DNA of 63,870 nucleotides, filler included, from Sandaracinaceae bacterium (lineage in GTDB: Bacteria > Myxococcota_A > Polyangia > Polyangiales > JADJQN01), in NCBI GenBank assembly GCA_947483975.1. It is 4 parts of 4 records of this genome, joined end to end, with 100 filler letters (N's around TTAATTAATTAA, not from the genome) between each part and the next. Parts side by side here need not be neighbours in the genome. Positions count along the whole stretch, not along the records: positions 1 to 17,322 come from CANKOL010000071.1; 3 more parts are not named here. One strand, written 5' to 3'. Shown here in pieces: positions 1 through 8,876 of this stretch. How positions within the stretch are numbered: the first letter of the stretch is position 1; each line of letters begins with the position of its first letter. A program made the position numbers and the translations under genes. The notes beneath the pieces were generated by a model. The model made no database searches and was not told where the DNA came from. It worked only from the letters and a program-made list of their open reading frames with translations.

Positions 1-1
1 G

Positions 2-61
2 CCGAAGCCGCGCATCCCGCAGGGCCTGCCGGGCGCGAGTCCGTTCCTCAACGAGCCCTGA
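2..61 (+). CDS. 3' end of an upstream gene (partial, ...PKPRIPQGLPGASPFLNEP*)
   Basis: Open frame with GC3-biased codons ending in TGA at 59-61, just before a hairpin. Confidence 0.35.
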   Translation, partial: PKPRIPQGLPGASPFLNEP

Positions 62-71
62 GCGGCCCCCC

Positions 72-123
72 AAAAAGGCATCGAGCGTAGGCCGGGCTCC
101 TGAGAGACCCGGGCTACGCTCGA
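72..123 (-). terminator. Intrinsic terminator downstream of the small lipoprotein (possibly bidirectional)
   Basis: Inverted repeat TCGAGCGTAG-gCCGGG...CCCGGg-CTACGCTCGA (81-123); A-run at 72-76 gives a U-tail on the minus strand. Confidence 0.65.
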
Positions 124-181
124 GGACCGACTTCGTCGGTACCGTCATGCGCGCTGGAGCAAGCCCCAGCGCGCGTGCGGT

Positions 182-385
182 TCACTCCGCGGCCGGCGCG
201 TCCGTGGCCGTCTCGGTCGTCGTCTCGGTCGTCTCGGTCGTCGTCTCGGTCGTCGTCTCGCCGCCGGTCGCGGTGTCCGCGGTCGTCGCCGTGGTGTCTT
301 CCGTCGCGGCGTCATCGCCACCACAGCCGACCATGCCTGCCGCCGAGAACGCCACGACCGCCACGAGAATCTTCAGGTTCTTCAT
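182..385 (-). CDS. Small Thr/Glu-rich lipoprotein (67 aa)
   Basis: AAGGAG SD before ATG 385; signal peptide MKNLKILVAVVAFSAAGMVG-C with lipobox; mature part is low-complexity TTET repeats. Confidence 0.75.
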   Translation of the reverse strand: MKNLKILVAVVAFSAAGMVGCGGDDAATEDTTATTADTATGGETTTETTTETTETTTETATDAPAAE

Positions 386-519
386 CGATGATCTCCTTGT
401 GCATCCGAGGTGCGTTGGCGCCCCGGTGTTTCCGATGTCGTCACGCATACCGACCCGACGACTAGACAGCGCGCGAGTGTATCCAACGGCGCGGTTTTGG
501 AAAGAGTCTCGTGCAAAGG

Positions 520-546
520 AAATTCAAATAGGGGGCGACAGCCCCC
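520..546 (-). terminator. Probable terminator after greB
   Basis: GGGGGC-gaca-GCCCCC hairpin (531-546) followed by TATTTGAATTT on the minus strand. Confidence 0.5.
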
Positions 547-564
547 GTACGCCCCGCGGCTCGC

Positions 565-1068
565 TCAGGCGCGGTACTCGACCCCGGCGATCGTCAGCAC
601 GCGCACTCCGCCTGGAGTCTCGACGCGCACCTCGTCGTCGAGGCTGCGCCCGATCAGCGCGCGCCCGACGGGCGACCTCCACGAGATCCGCCCGCTCGCC
701 GCGTCGACCTCGTCCTCGCCGACGAGCTGATGCCGAGTCTGCCGCCCGTCCTCGTCCTCGAGCACGACCGTCGCGCCGAAGAAGACGCGCTCGCCGCGCG
801 GCGTCGCGGGATCGATCGGCACCGCGACCTCGATGCGCTTGCGCAGAAAGCGCATCCGCGAGTCGATCTGCCGGAGCCTGCGCTTGCCGTAGAGGTACTC
901 GGCGTTCTCCGAGCGATCGCCCTGCGCCGCCGCGGCGGTCACCTCGAGCACGACGCGCGCGCGCTCGTCGCCGAGCGTGCCGAGCTCACGCGTCAGCCGC
1001 TCGTAGCCTGCGGGCGTGATGTAGTTCGGGTGAGCGCTCTTCGGCTCGTCGTCGTCGTGCTTCGGCAA
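565..1068 (-). CDS. greB: Transcription elongation factor GreB
   Basis: NYITPAGYERL, AAAQGDRSENAEYLYGKRRLRQIDSRMRFL, VFFGATV, ISWRSPVGRALIG. Confidence 0.95.
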   Translation of the reverse strand: MPKHDDDEPKSAHPNYITPAGYERLTRELGTLGDERARVVLEVTAAAAQGDRSENAEYLYGKRRLRQIDSRMRFLRKRIEVAVPIDPATPRGERVFFGATVVLEDEDGRQTRHQLVGEDEVDAASGRISWRSPVGRALIGRSLDDEVRVETPGGVRVLTIAGVEYRA

Positions 1069-1119
1069 GGCGCCGGAGCATACGCTGGCGCGCGCGGAGG
1101 CGTGCGAGCGCCGCTGTGC

Positions 1120-2157
<1,038 letters not shown>

Positions 2158-2172
2158 CGCGCGCCGCTTCGC

Positions 2173-3825
2173 TCAGCCCGCGGGCCAGGTCGTGCGGCCG
2201 TGGTGCACGGGGACGACGCCCGTGGCGCCCGTCTCCGAGTCGAGCGCGGTGCGCGTCGCGTCGAACCAGTCTCTGGCTTCCTGAGGCGTCGCGCCGACCG
2301 CGATCACGCCGACCTTGCCGTACTGCGAGAGCGCGCCGGAGAGGTGGAAGACGACGCCCTTGTCCATCCAGGGGCGGTAGTGCAGCCCGTGCACCGCGGC
2401 GACGTCGAGCAGATCCTCGACGAGCAGCCCGCGGTAGTTGGGGTGCGCGAGCGCGTCGGTCGCGATGTAGCAGCGGGGCTCGCCGCGGGCGGTGAAGTAC
2501 TCGCCGCTCTTCGCGTCGTAGTGCCCGTGCGAGAGCATCTGCAGCGTCATCAGCGGGTGCGTGGTGCCGCTCATGCGCAGGTTGATCTCGATGGCGAGCT
2601 GATCCCACTTGCCGGGGCTGCGCTCGACCGTGAGGAAGTCCACCGAGAAGCGCCCGAGCGCGCCCTCGTCGCGGAGCACGCGCCCGACCTTGAGCGCGTC
2701 TTCCTGGATGGCGAGGCGGTAGTCGGCGTCGGCCGGGAAGGTGCAGCCGAGGTACGTCTGGCCGTCCTCCGCGAGGATCTGATCGTGCGTCGAGAGCGCC
2801 TCGAGCTCGAGGCGCGGGTTGACGCGAAGCTGCGCGCTCGGCGAGCGCTTGACGACGCCCTCGACCCACGCCTCGACGACGCCGCCCATGCGCTCCATGC
2901 CCTGCAAGAAGCCGCGCGCGCTCTCGTGCTCGGCGACCGGGCGCAGCGCGCCGAGGTGCCCGAGCACCGCGTCGACGCGCGAGGTGTGCGAGGCCTCGCC
3001 AGGAGCGACCTCGCGGATCGGCTCGAGGTCGAGCAGCGCGTTGCCCTCGCCGCTGAAGCCCTCGTTGTGCTTGACGCACACGCGGCGCATCGAGTCGTCG
3101 GCCTCCCAGAGGTCGGCGACCGCCTCGGCGATCTCGCCCTCGCTGCGGATGTCCTCGACGCCGGGCGCCATCGCGACGCCCGCCTTGCGGAAGACCTTGC
3201 GCGAGCCGCTCTTGCTCCCGAGGTGCGCGAGCTCCGGGTCGACGCCGTAGAGCGGGATCCCGAGCTGCACGGCGAGGCTGCGCTCGCGGTGCGTGACCGC
3301 GAAGCAGGTCATGTGCGCGTGCGACGGATCGATCGCGCGCCGGATGCGCTCGATGAGCCGGGGGCGCTCGAGGATCTTCTCGGTCAGCGGACGCGGCGAG
3401 GCGTCGTGACAGGCGAGGAGCGTGAGCCGCTCGCGCGCGTGCGCCGTCGGGATGCCGGTGAGCAGCGCGATCTGATAGTCGAGCGCCGAGGGATGCACCG
3501 GCTGCGACGTCACGTACACGAGGCGCGCGCGCGGGTGGCGCAGCAGCATCAGCGTGAAGAGCATGCGCTCTTCGTAGAGATGGAAGCCCGGGATGGAGGA
3601 GGCCGCGAAGCCGTCGAGCGAGAGGGACGGGATGACGACGACGTCGCGCGGGCCGGCGTCGATGTCACGCAGCAGGCGCCAGCGCTCCTCGAGGACGCGC
3701 TGCAGCTCGTGGTAGCGCTTCAGCTCGTCGACGCCGGTCAGCGGCGGGGAAGACTTGAACGCGCGGGGCCCGTCGGTCGCGCTCGGGACGCCGCGCGGTG
3801 GATGCGAATAGCGTTCGTTGCTCAT
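2173..3825 (-). CDS. PGM1-related peptide ligase (pre-ATP-grasp + ATP-grasp + C-terminal domain)
   Basis: VVVIPSLSLD, YEERMLF, GSKSGSRKVF, VKHNEGFSGEGN, FSVDF, AIEINLRMSGTTHP. Confidence 0.85.
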   Translation of the reverse strand: MSNERYSHPPRGVPSATDGPRAFKSSPPLTGVDELKRYHELQRVLEERWRLLRDIDAGPRDVVVIPSLSLDGFAASSIPGFHLYEERMLFTLMLLRHPRARLVYVTSQPVHPSALDYQIALLTGIPTAHARERLTLLACHDASPRPLTEKILERPRLIERIRRAIDPSHAHMTCFAVTHRERSLAVQLGIPLYGVDPELAHLGSKSGSRKVFRKAGVAMAPGVEDIRSEGEIAEAVADLWEADDSMRRVCVKHNEGFSGEGNALLDLEPIREVAPGEASHTSRVDAVLGHLGALRPVAEHESARGFLQGMERMGGVVEAWVEGVVKRSPSAQLRVNPRLELEALSTHDQILAEDGQTYLGCTFPADADYRLAIQEDALKVGRVLRDEGALGRFSVDFLTVERSPGKWDQLAIEINLRMSGTTHPLMTLQMLSHGHYDAKSGEYFTARGEPRCYIATDALAHPNYRGLLVEDLLDVAAVHGLHYRPWMDKGVVFHLSGALSQYGKVGVIAVGATPQEARDWFDATRTALDSETGATGVVPVHHGRTTWPAG

Positions 3826-3829
3826 GCGA

Positions 3830-4846
3830 TCAGCGAGCCACTACGCCGCCGCCCGTCGCGGCGCCCGGATCGCCGCCCGCGGCGAGGATGCGGGCGATCG
3901 GACCGAGCTCGGTCGAGCGCGCGCCGCCCGGCAGGAAGTCGCCAAAATTGTACGGGACGCGCGGGGTGCGGCCCTCGCTCGCGACGCGCAGCGTGAGCTT
4001 GACCATCTCCTCGACCACGATGTCGAAGTAGTGCGGAGTGATGGAGTGATAGTCCATGTCGGGCGCGGGGTTCGTGAAGTCGATCGCGTACGGCACGCCG
4101 TCTTTGATCGCGAACTCGACGCTGTTCATGTCGTAGCCGAGCGCGTTGCAGATCTTCCACGCGTCGTCGACGACGCGCTGCCCGAGCTGCTTCGGGAAGA
4201 AGCCCGACTCGACGAGGTAGCTGCGCCGGTGCGGATCCCAGCGAATCGGCAGCACCATGTCGCGGCCGAGGCAGATGCAGCGCACGAAGTCGTCGAACTC
4301 GATGCACTCCTGCAGCGTCATCACGAGCGTGCCGGACACGTTGTAGGCCGCGAGCAGCTCCGCCTCGTTGTGCACCTTGGTGACGTTCTTCCAGCCGCCG
4401 CCCTCCGCCGGCTTGAGGAACGCGGGGAAGCCGACGTAGTCGGTGATCGCCTTCCAATCGAGCGGGAACTCGAGGTTGCGCAGCGAGCGCGTCTTGTCGA
4501 TCGACGGGATGTAGTCCCGCTGCGGGAGCAGGATGGTCTTCGGGACCGCGCAGCCGAGCTTGGCCGCCATCGAGAAGCCGAAGAATTTGTCGTCCGCCGA
4601 CCACCAGAGGGGGTCGTTGATCACGTACGTGCCCGCGAGCTGCGCCGCCTTCAGGTGCAGCCTGTAGTGCTGCACCTCATGGCTGATGCGGTCGACGAGG
4701 ACGTCGTACTTCTTCTCGAAGCGTTCGCCCGTGCCGCCGATCTTGGCGAGCTCGGCATGGACGCCCGCGTGGGCATTCAGCCTGTCGAGGAACGCCGGAG
4801 GAAAGGTGTTTTCCCAGCCTACGAGGAGCCCGATCCGCTTTGTCAT
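3830..4846 (-). CDS. RimK/GshB-like ATP-grasp ligase
   Basis: IGLLVGWENTFP, SADDKFF, FLKPAEGGGWKNV, TLQECI, NSVEFAIKDGVPYAIDFTNPAPD. Confidence 0.85.
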   Translation of the reverse strand: MTKRIGLLVGWENTFPPAFLDRLNAHAGVHAELAKIGGTGERFEKKYDVLVDRISHEVQHYRLHLKAAQLAGTYVINDPLWWSADDKFFGFSMAAKLGCAVPKTILLPQRDYIPSIDKTRSLRNLEFPLDWKAITDYVGFPAFLKPAEGGGWKNVTKVHNEAELLAAYNVSGTLVMTLQECIEFDDFVRCICLGRDMVLPIRWDPHRRSYLVESGFFPKQLGQRVVDDAWKICNALGYDMNSVEFAIKDGVPYAIDFTNPAPDMDYHSITPHYFDIVVEEMVKLTLRVASEGRTPRVPYNFGDFLPGGARSTELGPIARILAAGGDPGAATGGGVVAR

Positions 4847-4854
4847 CGGGCGTG

Positions 4855-4883
4855 AAACTATCGCGGAAGCGCTCCGCTGTAAA
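4855..4883 (-). promoter_or_regulatory. Sigma70-type promoter of the ATP-grasp operon (near-leaderless)
   Basis: TTTACA-N17-TAGTTT on the minus strand, 8 nt before ATG 4846. Confidence 0.55.
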
Positions 4884-4934
4884 CGTCCGAAAGCGCGCGA
4901 TCGCCTGTAGGCACGCGAAAGTTCTCGGGGCGCC

Positions 4935-5738
4935 TCAGGGGACGCGGACGACGACGGCGCTGATGTTGTCCTGCGAGTTCGCCGCGTAGGCGGACCACAC
5001 CAGGCGCTCGGCCGCGAGCTCGGGCTCGGCGCGCCCGAGGAGCTCCGCGATGCGGGTCTCGGGCAGCACGCCGTGGAGCCCGTCGGAGCACAGCAAGAAC
5101 GTGTCGCCCGACTGCGCCGCGACGCAGCGGAGGTCCGGCTCCGCGCTGCGCAGCACGCCGAGCGCGCGCATGACGATGTGCGAGTGGCTCTCGTGCTCCT
5201 CGGGAGGGAGCGGCGTGCCGGCGTCCTGGCGCTCGTTGACCAGCGAGTGGTCCCGCGTGAGCAGCTCGAGCAGCCCGCGGCGCAGGCGATAGACGCGGCT
5301 GTCGCCGACGTGCGCGATCACCGCGATGCCGCCCGTCAGGTGGAGCGCGGCGACGGTGGTCGCCATCTCGGCGTACTCGCCCTCGCGGCGGCGGATCACG
5401 GCGCGATGGGCGCTCCGCACGGCGTGCTCGAGGAGGCTCTCCTCGGGGCTCCTGTGCAGGTCGATGCGCAGCTGAACGGTGTCCTCGCTCGTCACGTCGC
5501 TGCAGCGGCGGACGACGCGGCTCACCTCGTCGACGGCCAGCTTGCTCGCGACGGCGCCGCCCGGGCGCCCGCCGAGCCCATCGGCGACGACGTAGAGGCG
5601 CGTCTCGTCGTCGGCGAGCACGGAGTCCTGGTTGTCCTCGCGCCGCCCGACGTGGGTCGCGGCGTGGGACGCGCGCGCTTGTCTGGGACGTCCGACCGCG
5701 CTTCCGTCGCGAGCGAGCAGTTCCAGAGTGCCTAGCAT
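4935..5738 (-). CDS. PP2C-family Ser/Thr protein phosphatase
   Basis: THVGRREDNQDS, VVADGLGG, AHVGDSRVY, LTRDHS, LLCSDGL, DNISAVVV. Confidence 0.92.
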   Translation of the reverse strand: MLGTLELLARDGSAVGRPRQARASHAATHVGRREDNQDSVLADDETRLYVVADGLGGRPGGAVASKLAVDEVSRVVRRCSDVTSEDTVQLRIDLHRSPEESLLEHAVRSAHRAVIRRREGEYAEMATTVAALHLTGGIAVIAHVGDSRVYRLRRGLLELLTRDHSLVNERQDAGTPLPPEEHESHSHIVMRALGVLRSAEPDLRCVAAQSGDTFLLCSDGLHGVLPETRIAELLGRAEPELAAERLVWSAYAANSQDNISAVVVRVP

Positions 5739-5908
5739 CGCACCGCGGCTATACACGCGGCGTGCCACGCCCGACGAGCGCAGCAATCAGCCACTATTCG
5801 TGGATGTTCTCCGCGCGAGACACGCTCGGCGCGGGCTCCCGCGTTTCACCCGCGCAGTCCGGGCGTGCAGGCTCGCAACCGAGTGGGCGCGCAAGACGAG
5901 CGGTGGGG

Positions 5909-6205
5909 TCAGGGCGCGACGACGCAGAGGACCGCGCGCGGCACCTCCGCGACGACGCGCAGCTGACAGCAGAGGCGCGTGTCCGGGCCGTCGCCGAAGA
6001 GGTCGAGCACGTCGAGCTCCTCGTCCTCGGGTGGGGCGAACGCCTCGAGGCCGACGGGCACGCGGACGCGGCAGGTCCCGCAGCTCGCCGAGCGACACGA
6101 GTACGGGACCTCGGTCTCCGGGTGCTGATCGCTGACGTCCACCAGGCGCTGACCGACGGCGACCTCGAGCGTGACGTTGGCGGGCTCGAAGCGGATGCTC
6201 GGCAT
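5909..6205 (-). CDS. 2Fe-2S ferredoxin
   Basis: VPYSCRSASCGTCRV ... RLCCQ. Confidence 0.9.
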   Translation of the reverse strand: MPSIRFEPANVTLEVAVGQRLVDVSDQHPETEVPYSCRSASCGTCRVRVPVGLEAFAPPEDEELDVLDLFGDGPDTRLCCQLRVVAEVPRAVLCVVAP

Positions 6206-6306
6206 TCCGGCGATCTGAGGCCGGCTCGGAGGACGTCAATCGTCGGGGCGCGACGCCCGCGGCGTCTCGAAGGGAGAGTTCCGCTACAGTCTTTGACTTC
6301 CGCTGG

Positions 6307-8673
6307 GTGCTCCGGCACGGTGCCGCCGTGGAGTCGGGGGAGACGCGCGCTGACACTCCGGAGTCTGGTGATCCGACGCTGGTCCTGCGCCTCGTGCGCG
6401 GGGCTTCGGGCGCGTTCGTCGACGCGGAGATCGAGTTCGCCAATCGACCCTGGCTGACGCTCGCGGGGGCGACGCGCGACGACCCGACCGGGCAGCGCCT
6501 CTCGTCGATACTCCCGGCGCTCGCGGAGGCACTGAAGGACCTCGCGCGCATCGTCGAAGCCGGCGCGCCCGTCCGGGGCGTCGAGCGGATGCTGGGCGCC
6601 GCCGCGGGGAGCTTCGACGTTCAATACATTCCTTACGGCGACCGCGTCGCGCTCACCGGGCACCGGGTGCCGTCGGGGCGCGCGAGCGACGCGCTGGAGA
6701 GCGACGCGCGCTATCAGCGCCTCCTCGAGGCCGAGCAGCAGACGCAGGAGGCGCTGCGCGCGAGCGAGGAGCGCTTCCGCGCGATCTTCGAGCAGGCGCC
6801 CGTTGGGATCGCCGTGACGCACTCGGTGACCGGGCGCTACCTCGAGATGAACGAGCGGCACGCCGCGATGGTCGGTCGCACGCGCGAGGCGCTGCTCGCG
6901 AGCGATTGGATGGCCATCACGCACCCTGACGATGTCGCGCTCGACCTCGCGAACATGAGCGAAGTGGTCACGGGGGAGGTCCCGCGGTTCGCGATGGAGA
7001 AGCGCTACCTCCGGCCCGACGGCACCGTCACCTGGGTGAACATGACGGTCGTCGGGATGCAGACCGACGCGCTCGGGCAGCCGCACACCCTGACGATCGT
7101 CGAGGACATCACCGCGCGAAAGGCCGCGCAGGAGGCGCTGCGCGCGAGCGAGGAGCGCTTCCGCGCGCTGTTTCACAACGGCCCCATGACGAGCGTCGTC
7201 TATCGCTTCGTGCGCGACGCGGCTGGCGAGATCGTCGACTGGGAGGTGGTGGATCTCAACGCCGCTGGCGCCGCGTCCATCGGGCGGTCGCGTGAGGACT
7301 TGCGCGGGCAGCGCGCGCTCGCGCTGTTTGGCGAAGAGACGATGGCGCCCTATCTCGAGACCTCGCGCGAGGTCGCGAGGACAGGGGTGCCGCGCACGAG
7401 CGAGGAGCACTTCGCGCACAACGACCGCGACTACCTCTCGGCGGTGTTCTTGGTGGGAGACGAGCTCTACGCGAACGTCAGCATCGACATCACGGACCTG
7501 CGTCGCACGCAGGCGCGGCTCGAGCGCGCCGAGCGCCTCGACTTGGTCGGTCGGCTCGCGAGCGGGGTCGCCCACGACTTCAACAACCTGCTCGTCGTCA
7601 TCACTTCCTACGCCGAGCTGATCGGCGAGACCTTCGCAGACGACGACGAGCGGCGCGAGGACGTGCGGGCGATCCTCGACGCGTCGACGCGCGCCTCCAC
7701 GTTGACGCGGCGCTTGCTGGTGTTTGGGCGCTCCCACGCGTTCGAGCCGGGCGCGGTGGAGGTCGATGGGCTGGTGAGCAGCCTCGGCGCGATGCTCCGC
7801 AGCCTGGCGAGCGACCGCGTGCAGCTGGTCCTGCGCCCCGGCACGCGCGCGGCGTGGGTCCGCGCCGACCGCGCGCAGCTCGAGCAGGTGGTCGTCAACT
7901 TGGTCGTCAACGCGCGCGACGCGATGCCGGACGGCGGCTGCGTGACGATCGGGACCGCGCACGTCGAGGTGCCGGCGGGCGACCCACGGCTGCGTGGGTC
8001 AGCGGAGCCGGGCGAGTACGTCCGGCTGACCGTGGCGGACACCGGCATCGGGATCGACGCGGCGACCCTCGCGCACATCTTCGAGCCGTTCTTTTCGACG
8101 AAGTCGGTCGGCAAGGGCACTGGGCTCGGGCTCTCGATCGTCGAGGAGGCCATCGCGCGCGCGGGCGGCTTCATCGCCGTCGAGAGCGCGCTCGGGGTCG
8201 GCACGCAGTTCGCCATCCACCTCCGCGCGGCGGAGCCGGCGGTGGATGCTCACGCCGCGACCGAGGCGCGTCGGCAGGTGGCCGACGGCAGCGAGACCGT
8301 GCTGCTCGTCGACGACGAGCCGCGCGTCCGGGCTGTCACGGCTCGCCTGCTGCGGGAGTCCGGGTACTCCGTGGTCGAGGCCGCGAGCGCGGCGATCGCG
8401 GTGGCGATCGTCGAGCGCGACGCGGCGCCCGTCGACCTCCTCGTGACGGACGTCGTGATGCCCGGCGAGAGCGGCTTCGACCTCGCCCACCGCCTGACGG
8501 CGCTGCGTCCGGGGCTTCCTGTGCTGTTCATCTCCGCGCACGCCCCGGAGTCGAGCGCGCCCCACCATCAGGCGTTCACCGAAGGCTCCTACCTCGCGAA
8601 GCCGTTCACCCGGGACGGCCTGATCGCGCGCGTCCGAGGGCTCCTCGCGCAGCGCCGGGCTCTGCGCGCGTAG
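6307..8673 (+). CDS. Hybrid sensor histidine kinase (PAS domains + HisKA + HATPase + REC); start may be GTG 6328
   Basis: SEERFR PAS linkers, ITHPDD, GVAHDFNNLL, NLVVNARDAM, GKGTGLGL, LLVDDE...LLVTDVVMPG. Confidence 0.92.
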   Translation: MLRHGAAVESGETRADTPESGDPTLVLRLVRGASGAFVDAEIEFANRPWLTLAGATRDDPTGQRLSSILPALAEALKDLARIVEAGAPVRGVERMLGAAAGSFDVQYIPYGDRVALTGHRVPSGRASDALESDARYQRLLEAEQQTQEALRASEERFRAIFEQAPVGIAVTHSVTGRYLEMNERHAAMVGRTREALLASDWMAITHPDDVALDLANMSEVVTGEVPRFAMEKRYLRPDGTVTWVNMTVVGMQTDALGQPHTLTIVEDITARKAAQEALRASEERFRALFHNGPMTSVVYRFVRDAAGEIVDWEVVDLNAAGAASIGRSREDLRGQRALALFGEETMAPYLETSREVARTGVPRTSEEHFAHNDRDYLSAVFLVGDELYANVSIDITDLRRTQARLERAERLDLVGRLASGVAHDFNNLLVVITSYAELIGETFADDDERREDVRAILDASTRASTLTRRLLVFGRSHAFEPGAVEVDGLVSSLGAMLRSLASDRVQLVLRPGTRAAWVRADRAQLEQVVVNLVVNARDAMPDGGCVTIGTAHVEVPAGDPRLRGSAEPGEYVRLTVADTGIGIDAATLAHIFEPFFSTKSVGKGTGLGLSIVEEAIARAGGFIAVESALGVGTQFAIHLRAAEPAVDAHAATEARRQVADGSETVLLVDDEPRVRAVTARLLRESGYSVVEAASAAIAVAIVERDAAPVDLLVTDVVMPGESGFDLAHRLTALRPGLPVLFISAHAPESSAPHHQAFTEGSYLAKPFTRDGLIARVRGLLAQRRALRA

Positions 8674-8802
8674 CGAGTCGCCGGCCACCCGCGTCGTCGG
8701 ACTGAGCGCGCGCAGCGCACTCGACCCGCGAGTCTCGCAGGGGGTCGAGCGCGTCGAGTCTCAGGCGGCGACAGCGCCCCGGCTTGGCCCTCCATCCGAT
8801 CC

Positions 8803-8831
8803 TTGGCCCGCTCGACGCAAAGTTGTAACCT
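8803..8831 (+). promoter_or_regulatory. Putative sigma70 promoter for the kinase-TPR gene
   Basis: TTGGCC-N17-TAACCT, 45 nt before ATG 8877. Confidence 0.4.
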
Positions 8832-8876
8832 CCGCGACCCGTCACCCGAACTCCGAGCGAACAGAGCAAAACTACG

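Noticed and set aside
200..260. GTCTCGGTCGTC repeats as a possible CRISPR or iteron
   Set aside because: Short coding repeats (TTET) with no spacers and no cas genes
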